Assembly: GCA_001179505.1 (NCBI GenBank)
Contig: CDMY01000300.1
Span: 65,701 to 129,700 of the forward strand
DNA from: Vitrella brassicaformis CCMP3155
Taxonomy: Eukaryota; Protista; Chromerida
Reading direction: 5' to 3'
Length of the DNA: 64,000 bases
In this document: positions 1 to 12,388 of the stretch, one piece after another
Position numbering within the stretch: the stretch's first letter is position 1
Layout of the letters: every line of letters starts with the position of its first letter
The notes under the pieces: model-generated
Databases searched by the model: none
What the model saw: only the letters and a program-made list of their open reading frames with translations
Told to the model about the DNA's origin: nothing
Position numbers and translations under genes: made by a program

Positions 1-2211
1 CACTGAGAGATCTGCTTCGACGATGCGTGGCGGACCTCAGTGGCGATGAGCTTGCGATGGCGGCCAATGCACTGAGCCGCGCCCGGGACACAGACCGGTA
101 CATGAGTCTCGATCCGTACGACGACGACATTGACGAGCCAGCCGCCGTACAGCCGTCCAACCTCCCTGTGAGTGGCCTTCTCTCTGGGGTGGCAGCTGAC
201 ATCATGGCAGCACTGCCTGGCATGTCGCCGTCGTCTGTTGCTCTCGTTGCTAATGCATTTGCAAGGCTGCAGCTGCGGTCGCCCGATGTGTTCCGCGCTA
301 TCGCTGACCGGTGTACACAGGTGGGGAAGGGCAAGGGTGGGGAAGACCACGGCTTAGGACTATCCGACTTCAGCCTTGCGTCAGTGGCGATGATTGCTCA
401 TGGCTTCGCCAAACTGCGCATCTACCACCACCGATTCTACAGGGCCTTGCTCAAGACGGTACTGGCCCGGAAGGGCGACGTGTGGAACCTCGGAGAGCTA
501 GCACAATGGTACGCACCACGCACGCAGGGAGGCATGTATATGGGCGGTGAAGCAGCAGTGCACGGTGTGGCTGAGCGTCTTCACACTCGTACTTGGTCAT
601 GACACTACATGCATCTGTTGTGCATTTAACTGTCGCCTATTGCCCATCCAGCGTATTCGCGTTTGCCCGGTGAGACCAGCGCAGCCGCGTAGCAGCCATG
701 GTACACCCGCTGGATGTGTATGTCAGGTCTGTCCCCTTCTTGAAGTACTTGGAAGCGCCTGAGAAGGTCGCTTTCCACCCAGGGCTGGATGCTGTATTGA
801 CGGGTGTTTGGCGGGGCCTAGCTTGCTACGGAAGCAGCCAACTCTTCGCCGACGATCCCAAGAGGCTGGGTGAGGGCGCTTCTCTTGTCATCCAGGCCAT
901 CAGCGTCATCCAACAACGTGATTATGTACGTACGTACCGACGTTATTATGAAAGTACCGGTGCCATGCACTCACTGCAGATCGACACACATGCAGCTAGC
1001 CAGCCCTGGTGTATGGTATGCAGGACTGGGTAGTCTGGATCCTTCTTTGGTGGCTCACCGGCCCGTCATATGTTTGCCATTTGTCGAGGAATACCATCGT
1101 TACGATTATCGTAGCACTTGGGAAACTGGACTTCACCCCGACACTTTGGAGCGCGGCAGCGAAGTCAGCAGACCTCACACCCAGAAGAGGGGCACACTTT
1201 GGGGCGACTGGAGTCGACTCCCTGCTCGACAGGTACAAAGATAGTCATCTGAATGTACCAAGGAAAACAAAAAAGAGTATCTGGCGCCAACATTGTTGTC
1301 CTTCAATTCCTGCGCTATGTGTAGGGTCGCAGTCTTGTGGAGACGCAATGGCAAGAGCGTTTTTTCGCTGTCCCAGCTGACTCTACTATGGTATTCCTCA
1401 CTCTGTCTTCTACACACGCATCCTCACACTACGAAAGGAACCACTCGTTTCGGCGTGGTGATGAGTGTGGCCTTCTTTGATGACACCAAAGAATACCTAG
1501 ACAAAGGTAGCGACAAGGAGAAACAACTTATACCCTATCGCGCTCTTACTGGCCTTAGCAGGGCGGACGATGACGCGGGATGAAGCGTCTGTCACGGACC
1601 GCCAGACCTATCGCAACCCCCTGACTAACACCAGCCTCACACTCCCTACGGCAGACGACCTCAGTCACCCCGTGCATAACGCCATGTATGCCACCCAGGT
1701 ACCTCAGCTCATCCATAATAAGAGACACCCCTTCAGTAAGTAAACGACCAAAACACACGTTCGCTTGTGTGTTTGTTTGTCTGCCCCGGTTTCCTCGCGT
1801 TTCAGGCAGAAATCGGGGTGCAAGCATGGTTTCTCCTCCCCTTGCCAAACGAGGGGCCTGGCATGCCTTTGAGCAAGCTCTGCCCGATCGGCTGTCTTGC
1901 AACAGCTATGAAAGTAAGGCAATCACCTCCTGTCTACCCCATCTTTGCGGGCCTCATGTCTCAACCGGTGCATTCAGGTGCATCACTGGTTGACCGACAG
2001 TGCCGGCAAGCCGGCGGGTCATGTGAGTGCTCCAGAAGCTGTCGTGAAGGAGAGCGTCTTTAGCCCTACAAGCTCATCCTTTCAAGCCGACGTCGCGAGT
2101 ATCGTGTCTGAGCTGCTAGCGAGACAGATCCGGCCGACACGTGCAAAACGTGTATCGCTGGAGGAGAGGGTCGGGGCTTTCTATGTTGATGTGGTGGTAC
2201 TGTCTTCATAG
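1..2211 (+). CDS. Helical-repeat (FASTK/HPR-like) protein with C-terminal RAP-like motif, 5' partial, multi-exon
   Basis: Frame is open from the window start (LRDLLRRCVADLSGDELAMAANAL...). Repeats SVALVANAFARL, SVAMIAHGFAKL and TIVTIIVALGKL are typical of alveolate organellar RNA-binding repeat proteins. The last exon (about 1978-2211) ends SSFQADVASIVSEL...LEERVGAFYVDVVV*, resembling the first half of a RAP fold. Some internal exon boundaries are uncertain. Confidence 0.55.
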
Positions 2212-2505
2212 CAAGCTACAGTGGTAACATCGCACCGTGGTCTCTAGTAAAACAACTCGCATGTGTGGCTCACATCAACAACTAGCAACAAACCAAGTCC
2301 TGGCCAACAAGCAACACGGCAGCGAATGTCGCCCTGGAAGTGATGATACGACTCTATCCATCACCGAGCTCCCTCCCCTGCCACCATGGACTCTCATTCG
2401 CACACACGATGTGCACCTCTTTCTCCCACCGACACGCTATCACCCACGGCGGACTGACTGAGTGACTGACTGACTGCTGGCCAGTCAGAAGGGCGGTTCG
2501 CTACA

Positions 2506-4331
2506 TCACCGAACTGTAACAGCAAGGGGATGGAGACAAGACAACACTCCGCGACCCAAGCGATATTGTTGTACCGCTTACTCTCTAGACAAAGCTCCGT
2601 TTTGCAAAAAGCCAGCAGCTCTTCCTGTACAACCCAATGCACGAACGGACACATGCGTGCTGTGTCTTGTCTGTTTCCCATGGGCTCTGCGTTCTTCTAA
2701 CCTGCATCCGGTTGACCTCTGCGTGTGTCAGGCTACGATCAAGTGCCCGATACGTCAATCTGGGGAGAGCAGAGCACAGCAAACAACGTTGAGCGTCAAT
2801 GATTGCCTTTACACCAGTCAGCTACCTGAAACACAGGCTCTCCCTTCCATCTTTGCGAAACCTATCAACCAGCTGCACATTTTCGATGCAGTCATCACCA
2901 ACCTCGCGGCACATCTACCACACATACCAATCCGGAGCAGAAAGACATCACTGGCAGTAGAGTCGTCAGTCAAAGCCTTCTTGCCTGGTGAAAGTCTGTC
3001 TCAGAGAAGCCAGCGGGCTTCCACAAGCTCACGTCCTTGTATACAGGTGGATAACGACTGAATGGACGAAATGGCCTTATCTGATAAGCAAGAAAGGGAT
3101 CGGCGATCACCCCATCTCTTGCCCGTTTACCTCTCCAGAAGAGAACTGCTTCCAGAAGCGCTCGTCATCGCTCCAAAAGACTCTGATGTCGTCAACCTAC
3201 CATGCATCCAGACACAGATGAGCTGTGGCGCAGCCATGCGAACTAACAGGCCAGCTTACCCCAAACAGGATCATTGCTAGCCTTTCGAGACCAAGGCCAA
3301 AGGCCCATCCAATGTGCTCCTGTCGCCCTGTTCATCACAACCAGACAGACAACGCGATCATGCAAGCAGCGCAGATACTATTCCTTGCAGGCATCCAGCG
3401 TGCGTCAGTGAATGCACCCTGCTGACCGCAATTCTTGAGAATCTCTTGCTTGATGACTCCGCAGCCCAGAACCTCCACCCATTTGCCGTTGAAGAACACC
3501 TCGAGCTCGAGCGATGGGTCGGTGAAGGGAAAGGTGGCCGTGTCGTCCCACCGACGCTGGCATTCGCGGCCAAACAGATGGTCAACAAGGCCCTCCAGGC
3601 ACCACTTCAGGTGTGAAAGAACCTTGTCGCTCGCCCTCACTCCATCCAGAACAGATAGCTCTGCTGGCTCAAAGGTGCGAATGCCATCACATTGATGGAA
3701 GACCGGATAGTGAAGCGAGTCAACTCGATCCTGGGTCAGGCAAAGAAGGAGCAGACCAATCAGCAGTGTGCGTGCGTGCGTGAGTGGGTCCAGACTTCAT
3801 TTAGTGACACCTTTCGATAGACATCGGCACTCCAGATGAGAGCCGATCGTCCTTTCTCAAGGAATTCGGCTTGATGTGCTGTCGCTTGGGTCCTAAGGAC
3901 GTGCTGGTTTCCCACAAAGTACGTGTCTGTAGACAGACAGACACACACGACATGACCTCCGCAGCACAGCACCGTCCGGGCTCCACCCAGCTCTTGCCTG
4001 TGGGAAGTCGACTCACATGGTCCTCTGGGATAAGCAAGGAGTCGAAGTTCTCCTCAACAGTCACGATCGGAGTGCGGTCGTGGAGGGTCAAGTACTCGAA
4101 CCTCTCATTGCGGAAGTGGTCTTCGATTTTCCGCCTCAGTATACCAAGTGGATGAGTCGGGCACGTGTACAGCCCCCGGCCGATCTTCGACCACACCTTG
4201 ACAAAGGAACACACACGCACATCAACCACCTGGTGGCGGGTGGTATTCGGATCAATTACGTGATTCGGAATGTGCCTCGGCCGATGCGGTAGTGACAGCT
4301 GGCTTCGGAGCACACGGCTGAGGTGGGACAT
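2506..4331 (-). CDS. FARS2: Organellar (mitochondrial-type, monomeric) phenylalanyl-tRNA synthetase
   Basis: Spliced exons give HIPNH|[23 protein letters not shown], motif 2 RK|[33 protein letters not shown], motif 3 [13 protein letters not shown], and an FDX-ACB tail [18 protein letters not shown]|IR*. The terminal 8-nt coding exon is at 2506-2513. Confidence 0.92.
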
Positions 4332-4599
4332 GCACCTCTCGGGGCCTCGAAGCTGTGGTTACACAGGACAGCGCCGAAGGGCGCATTTAAAGCAGGGTTG
4401 TCCCTATTGACGAGCGGAAGGGTGACGCTACAAAAATCTGCGAAACAAGAAATCACCAGAGAGCCACTGCTGGCCACTGCTGTTTCGCAGATGGCCCGGA
4501 GAAGACGACGAAGACAGGACAAACAGACAGGGAAGAAAGGCGCAGGAAAGCAGAGCAGATCTTCGGGGGGGGCAAGAAGGCAGAGCAGGTTGACTTCAA

Positions 4600-4609
4600 G
4601 CGAGCTTAG
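4600..4609 (-). promoter_or_regulatory. Candidate promoter motif CTAAGCTCGC (FARS2 / FAD monooxygenase divergent intergenic)
   Basis: gcgagcttag on the + strand; identical 10-mer at 31034 and 49299. Confidence 0.45.
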
Positions 4610-4672
4610 ACGGCTTTCACACAAATAATACGAAATTATAGTCCATACGCGGGCGATTGCGTGGCCGACAGC

Positions 4673-7600
4673 ATGGAGGAGGAAATCAAAACCGACGTGA
4701 TTATTGTTGGAGCCGGTGAGCTGCTCACATTGCAGACAAAACAATGCTTGCCTGGTCTGAGTCTTCAACTGCAGGCCCGACAGGTCTCGTTCTTGCAATT
4801 GAGCTTGTAAGTCTATCCCCCGACTCTTCCACTGCAGGCTCGACAGGCCTGGGTCTAGGGAACGCAAATAACTCCTGGGTGTCTTCTTTCTACCGCAGGC
4901 ACGAAGAGGGGTGGACTTCATCGTATTCGACAAACTGCCCGACAGGACTAGAGAGTCACGGGCTCTCGGTACGGTATGCGTCACAACAGTCCGGTCAGGT
5001 GAACCGCACATGAACGAGCACATGCGTTTTACATCGCAGGAGTCATGCCAAGGACACTGGAAATCTACGAGGACCTCGGCATCGTCAAGCAGGCACTGAG
5101 CAATGGCGTGGAGATGTTGGGAGAAAGGCTGTTCGTGGACGGGACCGTCGCAGTGGATTGGAATTTCAGCGAGGAACGACACAACGAACAAAATAGGAAA
5201 CGTCTTAGTCACCGATTACATTGTGCACTGCAGGTCGATTCCTTCTACTGCAAGCCGCTTCTCCTCCATGTAAGTCAATACAGCCGACATGATAACGTGT
5301 GCTTAATGTGATGTGACGCTTGGTGTGGTATGTGGTGTGGTGTGTCCGGTCAGCAAGTAAGTGGGTGTGCTGCCGTCTTGACAATGCTGCTTTTTTGCTA
5401 CAGCTAATCGACATCTTTTTCCTGTCCACTGTGTTCAGGGTACCTAGTATTCACTGCCCTTCGTTCCTCTCACTGTTTTCTGTATCTCTGACGTACAGGT
5501 GTCACAGAGAAGGTACATACACATACAATCTCTCGTGGTCCGTCGTCACCTTTTTCCTGCTGTGCAGTTGCTCTGCGAGAAGCTCGCAGCCATTCTAGGA
5601 CCTGACAGAATGAACTATGCGTTGCAGCGGCCAGTAGAAGTAACTTCTCTCAAGGTGAAAGTTTTGGAAAATAGATCACGTTTCGCGCTCAGTTGTTCAT
5701 TTTCCTTTGTTGTGCCACAGGTGGGCCACACATTCGCCGAGGGAGTTCACGTGTGTGCCTGCTCGCTCTCCGATCCTGAGGAGAGCAATGCAAATGCTGA
5801 GGGACAACACAGCGAGGACACCGGCAGCGTCGACAACGTCACCCCAAGGACTAGTGAAGCCGAGACGACGTCGTCAATGACGTACGGGTGGACAACATCA
5901 GGAGACACGGGGCAGCAAGGACCGAGAACTCATAGGATTCGAGGAAAGCAGTTCAATGTGCACGCCCGCTACGTTGTCGGAGTGAGCCCTTAACACTCTC
6001 CATTGCACGGCTAAACCCATTGCACGGCTCTTCAAGACAATTTATGTTTTCTGTGTTCTGAACCTCTTTTCAGTGCGATGGAGTATATTGAGTCATTCGC
6101 TCCGACAAATGTTAGCAGGAGTCATTTTCTTGTTGCATTGTAGGCAAGGAGCTTCGTTCGGAAGAGTCTTGGAATTCCATTTGAGGGCTTCACAATACCA
6201 TCAGAATTCATCGTCGCTGACGTTGTGATGACCTGGGGCGTGCCACCAGACCGGAACAAATTTAATCTCCTGACAGGTCAACGTTGAACATGAAAGATTC
6301 ATTTCCGATACTGGTGCGATGGAAAGGTTACTGTCCTTTTCTGGCGTTTCGGCTCAGCTCCCAACCGGATGGTCGAATGGTAAGCAACGGCTTGGCTTTT
6401 GGTGCTTGTCAACAAGTTACTTTCTCTCATTGCGCATTTTGCTGAGTTGTCAGCTGTCCGTTGCCGTCTGGTCCCAGCCTCCTCGAACCACCACCAAGGC
6501 TCCCCGATGGTGGAGCAACACACAGGCGTCAAGGTGGCGGAGCAGCGAGACAATATGGAAGTAGCTCGTCGAACCGATGGAGGTAACAAAGCAGGACGGA
6601 AAGTGTTCTTTTCGCGGCTGCTTGGTGGTTGGTTTGCTTGCAAATCTTTACTTACGTTTTACTCTCAGGCTGACGACGATCAGGCGAATTGCAGAAGACC
6701 GTCCAGAGGCGATGCTTGAATGCCGCGAAGCGAGGTTTGGAGAAAGAACCTGGCATAGCAAAAGGCTGAAATTCTCTCCAATCTCCCATTTCTACAGGCC
6801 ACCACCGAGCAAAAAAGAGCTACAAGCCATGACAGGTATCTAAGCGAACACGTGCCCAGTACAGAAAAGTTCATGTTGCTTTACTTCAGCGAAGCTTGTC
6901 GCTGGCACGATCATCGACCACGTCATATGGAGCTCGAGTTTTTCCATCAAGTAAGAGAATGCCCTTGCACATCTACCTCAACTGACCCTTTCTCCTTGTC
7001 AACAGCTGTAGGTCTGCAGCGTTCATGAAAAGAGGTCTGCGGGGGCGTGATACAAAGAGGATTGCAGCTTGTTCGCACCTATTGCTCTCTCCTTCCGATC
7101 AGGAAATGCATTCCTTGCGGGCGATGCTGCACAGTAAGAGAGAAAGAAGCGCAGAAGGAAGAACTGTCATAAGCTGCCTATTTACTTTATACCTGTTATT
7201 TAAGCATCTTCCCTCCGCTTTTCCATCAAGGTATTTCTTGAGTCGTTGTAAGTGGGTTTCATCTCTCGCGTTCTCCGCGTGTCGTCTTTTTTATCAGGTC
7301 ACAACACTGGCATCGGCGACGCCTACAATCTTGGTATACGGATAGATAGAAAAAAAAGCAAAACCAGAGGCCCATCAGGGCGAAGACGTTTTTACCGCTG
7401 TCCGCCGCAGGATGGAAGCTGGCTCACGTTCTGCAAGACGGCGCGAACCGTGAGTTTCCATACACAACGGATCACACCGCAGAGTTATGCGTTTCTCCCA
7501 GCTGCATTGTTGGAATCCTACGAACAAGAAAGAAAGCCCGTCGGCGACGCTGTTGTTCGGTATGTTATTCATAGAATATTGCGTTGACTGAACCACTTCG

Positions 7601-9050
7601 TTCAGCTACTGTCTTGTGTGCGCACAGGTTCACAAGCTTCGGTAAGTTGACGACGGCAGCGTGTTCGTTAAGTGTGCAGCGTTGTCAACTGTTTACCATT
7701 TTGATTGATTTTACAGGGTACCAGGAGGTAAAAATGGGCCGTGACTATTGAGAGAACCTTCATTCCACGCAATGTATCTCATGGGCTATGACCACGGCTT
7801 TTTAGATCATCGAGGCAAAGGGCTACATCGCCTGGAGTATGAAGAATATTCTTCCTCTGGTACGTCCAAAATTCGAACGCAAGATCTATTGCTGCAGTTT
7901 CTTGTTGTGCAGTTTTTCAACAACAAGGCGTTCAACTCGGCCCTGACAAATCGCATCTCTCAATGTCACATCAAGTACCCGGTCGACTCAGGCGCTGTCG
8001 GAAAGGTCTTCGTCAGTGACTCCGCTTTGCCTGGAGAGCGAGCACCAGGTAATTCGTAATAATATCATTTGCAAGCCCGCGACTGGACAACACTCGCGTG
8101 GGTGACATGTGTGTACGTACATCTTTGCAGATGCAACAGTTGCCATAATTTCATCTGAACCCTCGACCGTCGTAATCGCACCGCTGCCATCCATCCACTT
8201 GAGCCAATGCAAAGCCTCCGCTGTCTCTCGCAGGGGAATTTTATTCGCCTTCATGAAGTGTACGTTGGTTCAGGTAGGTCACTCACGTCTGGCAAACATT
8301 TGAGCTTCTTTCTTTGTGATCTTCTTGTCTTTCTTAAAGGCCACGTTTTGCTTTTCGTTCTTCGGATTCCACTTTCGAGCGAAGGGCCCAGTGGAAGCAG
8401 CTGGTTCAATCTTTGCTCCTCTCAATCACAAGTGACGGAGCCATGTAGCAACTGTCTTCGACTGTCTTCCCACACGGAGTGCTCTTTCTTCAGACCGCAG
8501 AGCGCAACATAATAGGAAAAGAACTTGAGCAAATCGTCGAATTCGCCTCCCGAGTGAGGAGCCGCATCGAGAAGACTAAGGTCGTTCTCTTATTCACAGT
8601 TGGCTTAGCCAGCATTGTACCTCCGTAAGGGATGCAAAGCCATTCGGTCACTCAACTATTGGATCGCTCAACGTTGTTCTCCGTTTGACAGTAACGCGCA
8701 GTTTTCCGGCCTGTCCTTCTTGATCGCGAACTTCAAGGAACGGATGTCGAAGAACTTCCCGAATCAAGCACCAGAGGAGACATGTGTTGCGTGGGATGTC
8801 GAAGGGGAGGTCACCCGAAGGTATCGCCTCCATCTTCACCCTTTCACGAAGCACAAATGTGCAGCTTTCTTCTTGATCCGGGATGATAAGGTTGGTGCAA
8901 GCACGCAACGTTTGTTATTAGCCTCTAGCTCATCCGCATATCTTTGTCCGTTTGTGCTTTTGTTGTGTTCTCAAGCACATACGGAACCACGGCTGTAAGC
9001 AAAGAAAGGTGAAGGGATGGTCGCGTGAATACTGTGACTGTTCCGGTTGA
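4673..9050 (+). CDS. FAD-dependent monooxygenase (FAD_binding_3 / aromatic hydroxylase family), roughly 20 or more short exons
   Basis: DVIIVGAG|PTGLVLAIEL|ARRGV (GxGxxG); RYVVG|CDG|ARSFVRKSLGIPFEG (DG motif); GNAFLAGDAAH, GHNTGIGDAYNL|GWKLA and LLESYEQERKPV (GD motif); C-terminal PGERAP and LIRDD segments. The 3' end is not resolved (about 9000-9170). Confidence 0.88.
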
Positions 9051-9382
9051 TAGACTGTGGCGACACCTATGCTGAAGCGACCTGCATCGACTCGTTGTCT
9101 CTTTACCATCCGTAGCACATTCCGGTGGCGGCCGGCGTGCAGTGGGAGCGGCCAGAGTTCACTGAAGATTTAGTTGTGCTTCGGGCTGTAATTTGTAATT
9201 CAGTAGTGGTAAGGGTGTGGCAAAATAGCTTCTATTGAGCCAAGTACAGAAAGCTATTCTGAGTTCGTTTCCACCAGTGACTCAGATACATGTCCAGTAC
9301 ACTCAAAAACTGTCACGCAGTCTTGACGGTTATAGCTATGCAAGTGTCTCACTGGAGGCGGATGTCGCCTCCGTCGCCCTTA

Positions 9383-12220
9383 TCAGTCTGTTCTCCGATC
9401 GTAGGGGTTGGACTGTGTTGCCCATATCCCTCGTTCTACGCTTTTAGCGTGATGAAATGCCTGATACACAAACGGTATACGGGCGTAGAGGGTAAGAATT
9501 CACTTCTCCCAGGCTTACCTCAAAGCCTTCACTCCGCACGTAAAAAGTATTGGCGAGTGTTGGAACAATCTCTCCAGAAACACGATCGACAGCTCCTCCA
9601 CTCTCTGATTGGAGGGACTTGATCTTCACCAAATCCAATGTCGTCCATGCTGTTGGCTCCGGCAATGCAGGCAAAAGCCCAGCTCGCTGTCAAACCCTTC
9701 CTATGCACTCATATATTCAAATGCTGCGCTTCCTGTCTACCTGGTAAAGCAATGCCACATATCCAGCACCCGGCAGCCGCGTATATGACCGAAACTCTCC
9801 GGGATTCGCCGGTTTCTCAGTAGCAGGGGATTCCAGCCGACGTCTCTGTCGAATGAGCCTCTGAAGCTTCTGCCAAATCGACTTGGCGTCATTGGATTTG
9901 CCGGGTCTTGTGCTCGCTGGTGGCTCACTCTTGTTGCCGCCCAACACATCAGTTTCCAACTCCTCCAGGGCCTCATGGTGCATGCTGATGAGCTCCTGAG
10001 GGGCAGAAGAGGTGACACATTGGTTCCCTCGGTTTCTTTCTTCTTCTGTTCTGACCAGAATGCGGACGACGCGCCTGGAGAAGTCAGCGTTTGTCGGTCG
10101 CCTTTCCTGCGGCGTCTGTCCTCGGTCCTCAGCCTGTTCTGCCACACGCGAGACGAACGCACCCGGCGCCAGCTGCGCCCCAACGGCAATGGGTAGAGTT
10201 GACTTTGCCGCCTCCAGGAGGTTGAAGCGCGAGCGGGAGGTGGGGTCCCCATCTGTGCTCGTGGTCCTGGTTGTCGCGGTGTGCAGCGAAGCAGTTCCCG
10301 CCGACGCCATCTCACCAGATACTGCGTCCTCAGCAAGATGGGTGTTATGCTCGAACTCTAACGCGTCCACCAACATGCCAAAAAGAGATTGCAGCGTTGA
10401 CCTTCGGGCCTGGGACAAGAGACACACAGCACCAAAGCGTCTACCGTTTCTACACTCGTGTTGTTTCAATCCTATTTACTTGTATAGCGTATGAACGCCT
10501 TAAATGCCTCTCCAAGGAGTCAAACTCTCGTTCGACTTTCTCAGATGTACGGCAGAGACCGGCCTTGACGTTCATGTACTTGGAATAACAGCAGAAGGAT
10601 CGTCTCAAATCGCTGTCACGTTGGTGTGCAAACAAATATAAGACGAGCTGTCGTAGAGCGAACAAGGCAGCGAACTTTCAAACCTTACGCTTTCAGCTGG
10701 TTGAAGGCGTTGCGGAGCTTCTCGCGGTGACCGTCGGATGCATTTAGGCGCCTTACTGTGAGTTCCGCGACGTGCAAAACACCACTACGAACTGTATCGG
10801 CTCCGCGCGTCTAGCAACCAACCACCTTACTTGCAACTTCATTGTAGTCTACCTGTAGATATATGCAACAAGACAGCCAGAAACTGTATCGACTATATAG
10901 CTGTCTAAAGGTTCAGATACCAATGCGAGGCGGTCTGCGTATTTAGTCATCTGATTGCAGTCAAGAAACGGCGTCAAACCCCGAGATGCTGATGCCCTTC
11001 CTTACTTTCATTCGGCCCCAAGAATCGATCTCTGTCACGTACGCTTGTCCGTGGTCTTTCATTATAACCGCCGCACGATCGAACGGACCTGCTCAGTACA
11101 ACAAGCACAGATGCGGGTCCCTGACGCTTTGACGGGGCTTTGGCTTCTGACACTTGTTCCAGAACCGCCGAAACATTGTGACGAGCGCTGCGTACACAAG
11201 AAAAAGCTGGTCTCCGCTCGTTCCCGTTACTCTTGGTTGCTAACCTTCATAGAAGTGCAGCGTGTTGAAGTTTAGAGATGTAAGCAGAATATCTCCATCC
11301 TGCAAGCTGCACTCGATCTAAGTCAACACCACGAGAGGCAGGAGTCAGACTTCGAGGTGGTGGCCTTTGAGTCGTCCTTTCTTCTTCTTTCTTCTTTTCT
11401 TGTTTTACGAGGTAATCGGTGGTGAAACCTGGAGAATAAGACATAGCCATCGCCTAGGAAGAAGAAATAGAGAGGCAGCAGTCTTGGTGTTTTACCATAG
11501 CGTTTGCCATAAAACGGGACATCTCCTGCATATCAGATCCATCACGCGAGCATCCTTCGTACGACCGGAACGTTTACCAGCCTGTTGAGCGGTTTCTTTC
11601 TGCATCAGCGCACATTAGCACCAAACAGAAGATGTAGCCAATGGCCAATGATTATGAATGCTTGATGGAATTGAGGCCTCATTACCGTGAATGCCACTCG
11701 ATTTTTCCATTTCCGATGCACCAGCGCGAGTCGGCGCAGCTCCCAGAAACCCTGCATGCACGAAAGCAAGACATGACGCAATCATCGTCATGGGTACTTG
11801 ATCCTACCACTACGAAAGGAACGGATATGCAAAAGGACCCGATGTACACTGAATTCAGAGAGGGTGAAGCGACAATCACGTATTGCGCAGATGGCACTTC
11901 TGGAAGATCTGATCATCAGCACTTACTCAAGTTGTCTCTCCTGAGCTCAGCTGAGTTCAAGAAGAAGCCAGCCCAACCCCTTCGGATGAACAATTCTTTA
12001 CCCGCGCTCTGAAAGGATCAGCAAGTGTCTGAATGCTAACTCCTCTGTGTGCTGTTTTGGTGCTCCTTGCCATCGTCTCGGAAGGGGAGGCGCCAAATCC
12101 TTGCTCGTCTGCCTTCCTTTTTCGCTAGCTCGCATTTCTGGCCAGGAACATGATTATGGCCAAGACAGACCGCTGATATGAATGATACGCTTTCCCCAGC
12201 TGGCAGGTGATGGAAGACAT
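9383..12220 (-). CDS. Membrane-anchored permuted papain-like (YiiX/YaeF, NlpC/P60 superfamily) protein with catalytic residues substituted
   Basis: In-phase exons give YIGSFCISVPFVV|GFWELRR (TM), LQDGDILL, NKC|PFDRAAVIMKDHGQAYVTE, YADRLAL|VDYNEVA|IRRL and LPGAGYVALLYQ|RAGLLP, then a stop at 9383-9385. The start codon and upstream exons are uncertain. Confidence 0.65.
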
Positions 12221-12388
12221 GGACGACACCCAACGCCCGGGACGAACAACTGTCTTGCGCCGAGCGACACTCAATGCGTCAATTTTTTACACTCACATGT
12301 CGGTCAGGTAAGACCGGCACAGTCATGTAGACGTCACAAGCAAGAACCACACTGCACATGTGTGCTCGTTTCCTTCCCGGCTCGCCAC

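Noticed and set aside
4256-5212. 318-aa minus-strand ORF over the FARS2 / FAD monooxygenase promoter
   Set aside because: It crosses + strand exons, introns and the intergenic spacer and has no domain signal; likely chance.
9100-12300. Lower-GC, ORF-poor stretch first suspected to be a decayed transposon
   Set aside because: It resolves into an in-phase multi-exon gene; no transposase, RT, integrase, TIR or LTR signal.
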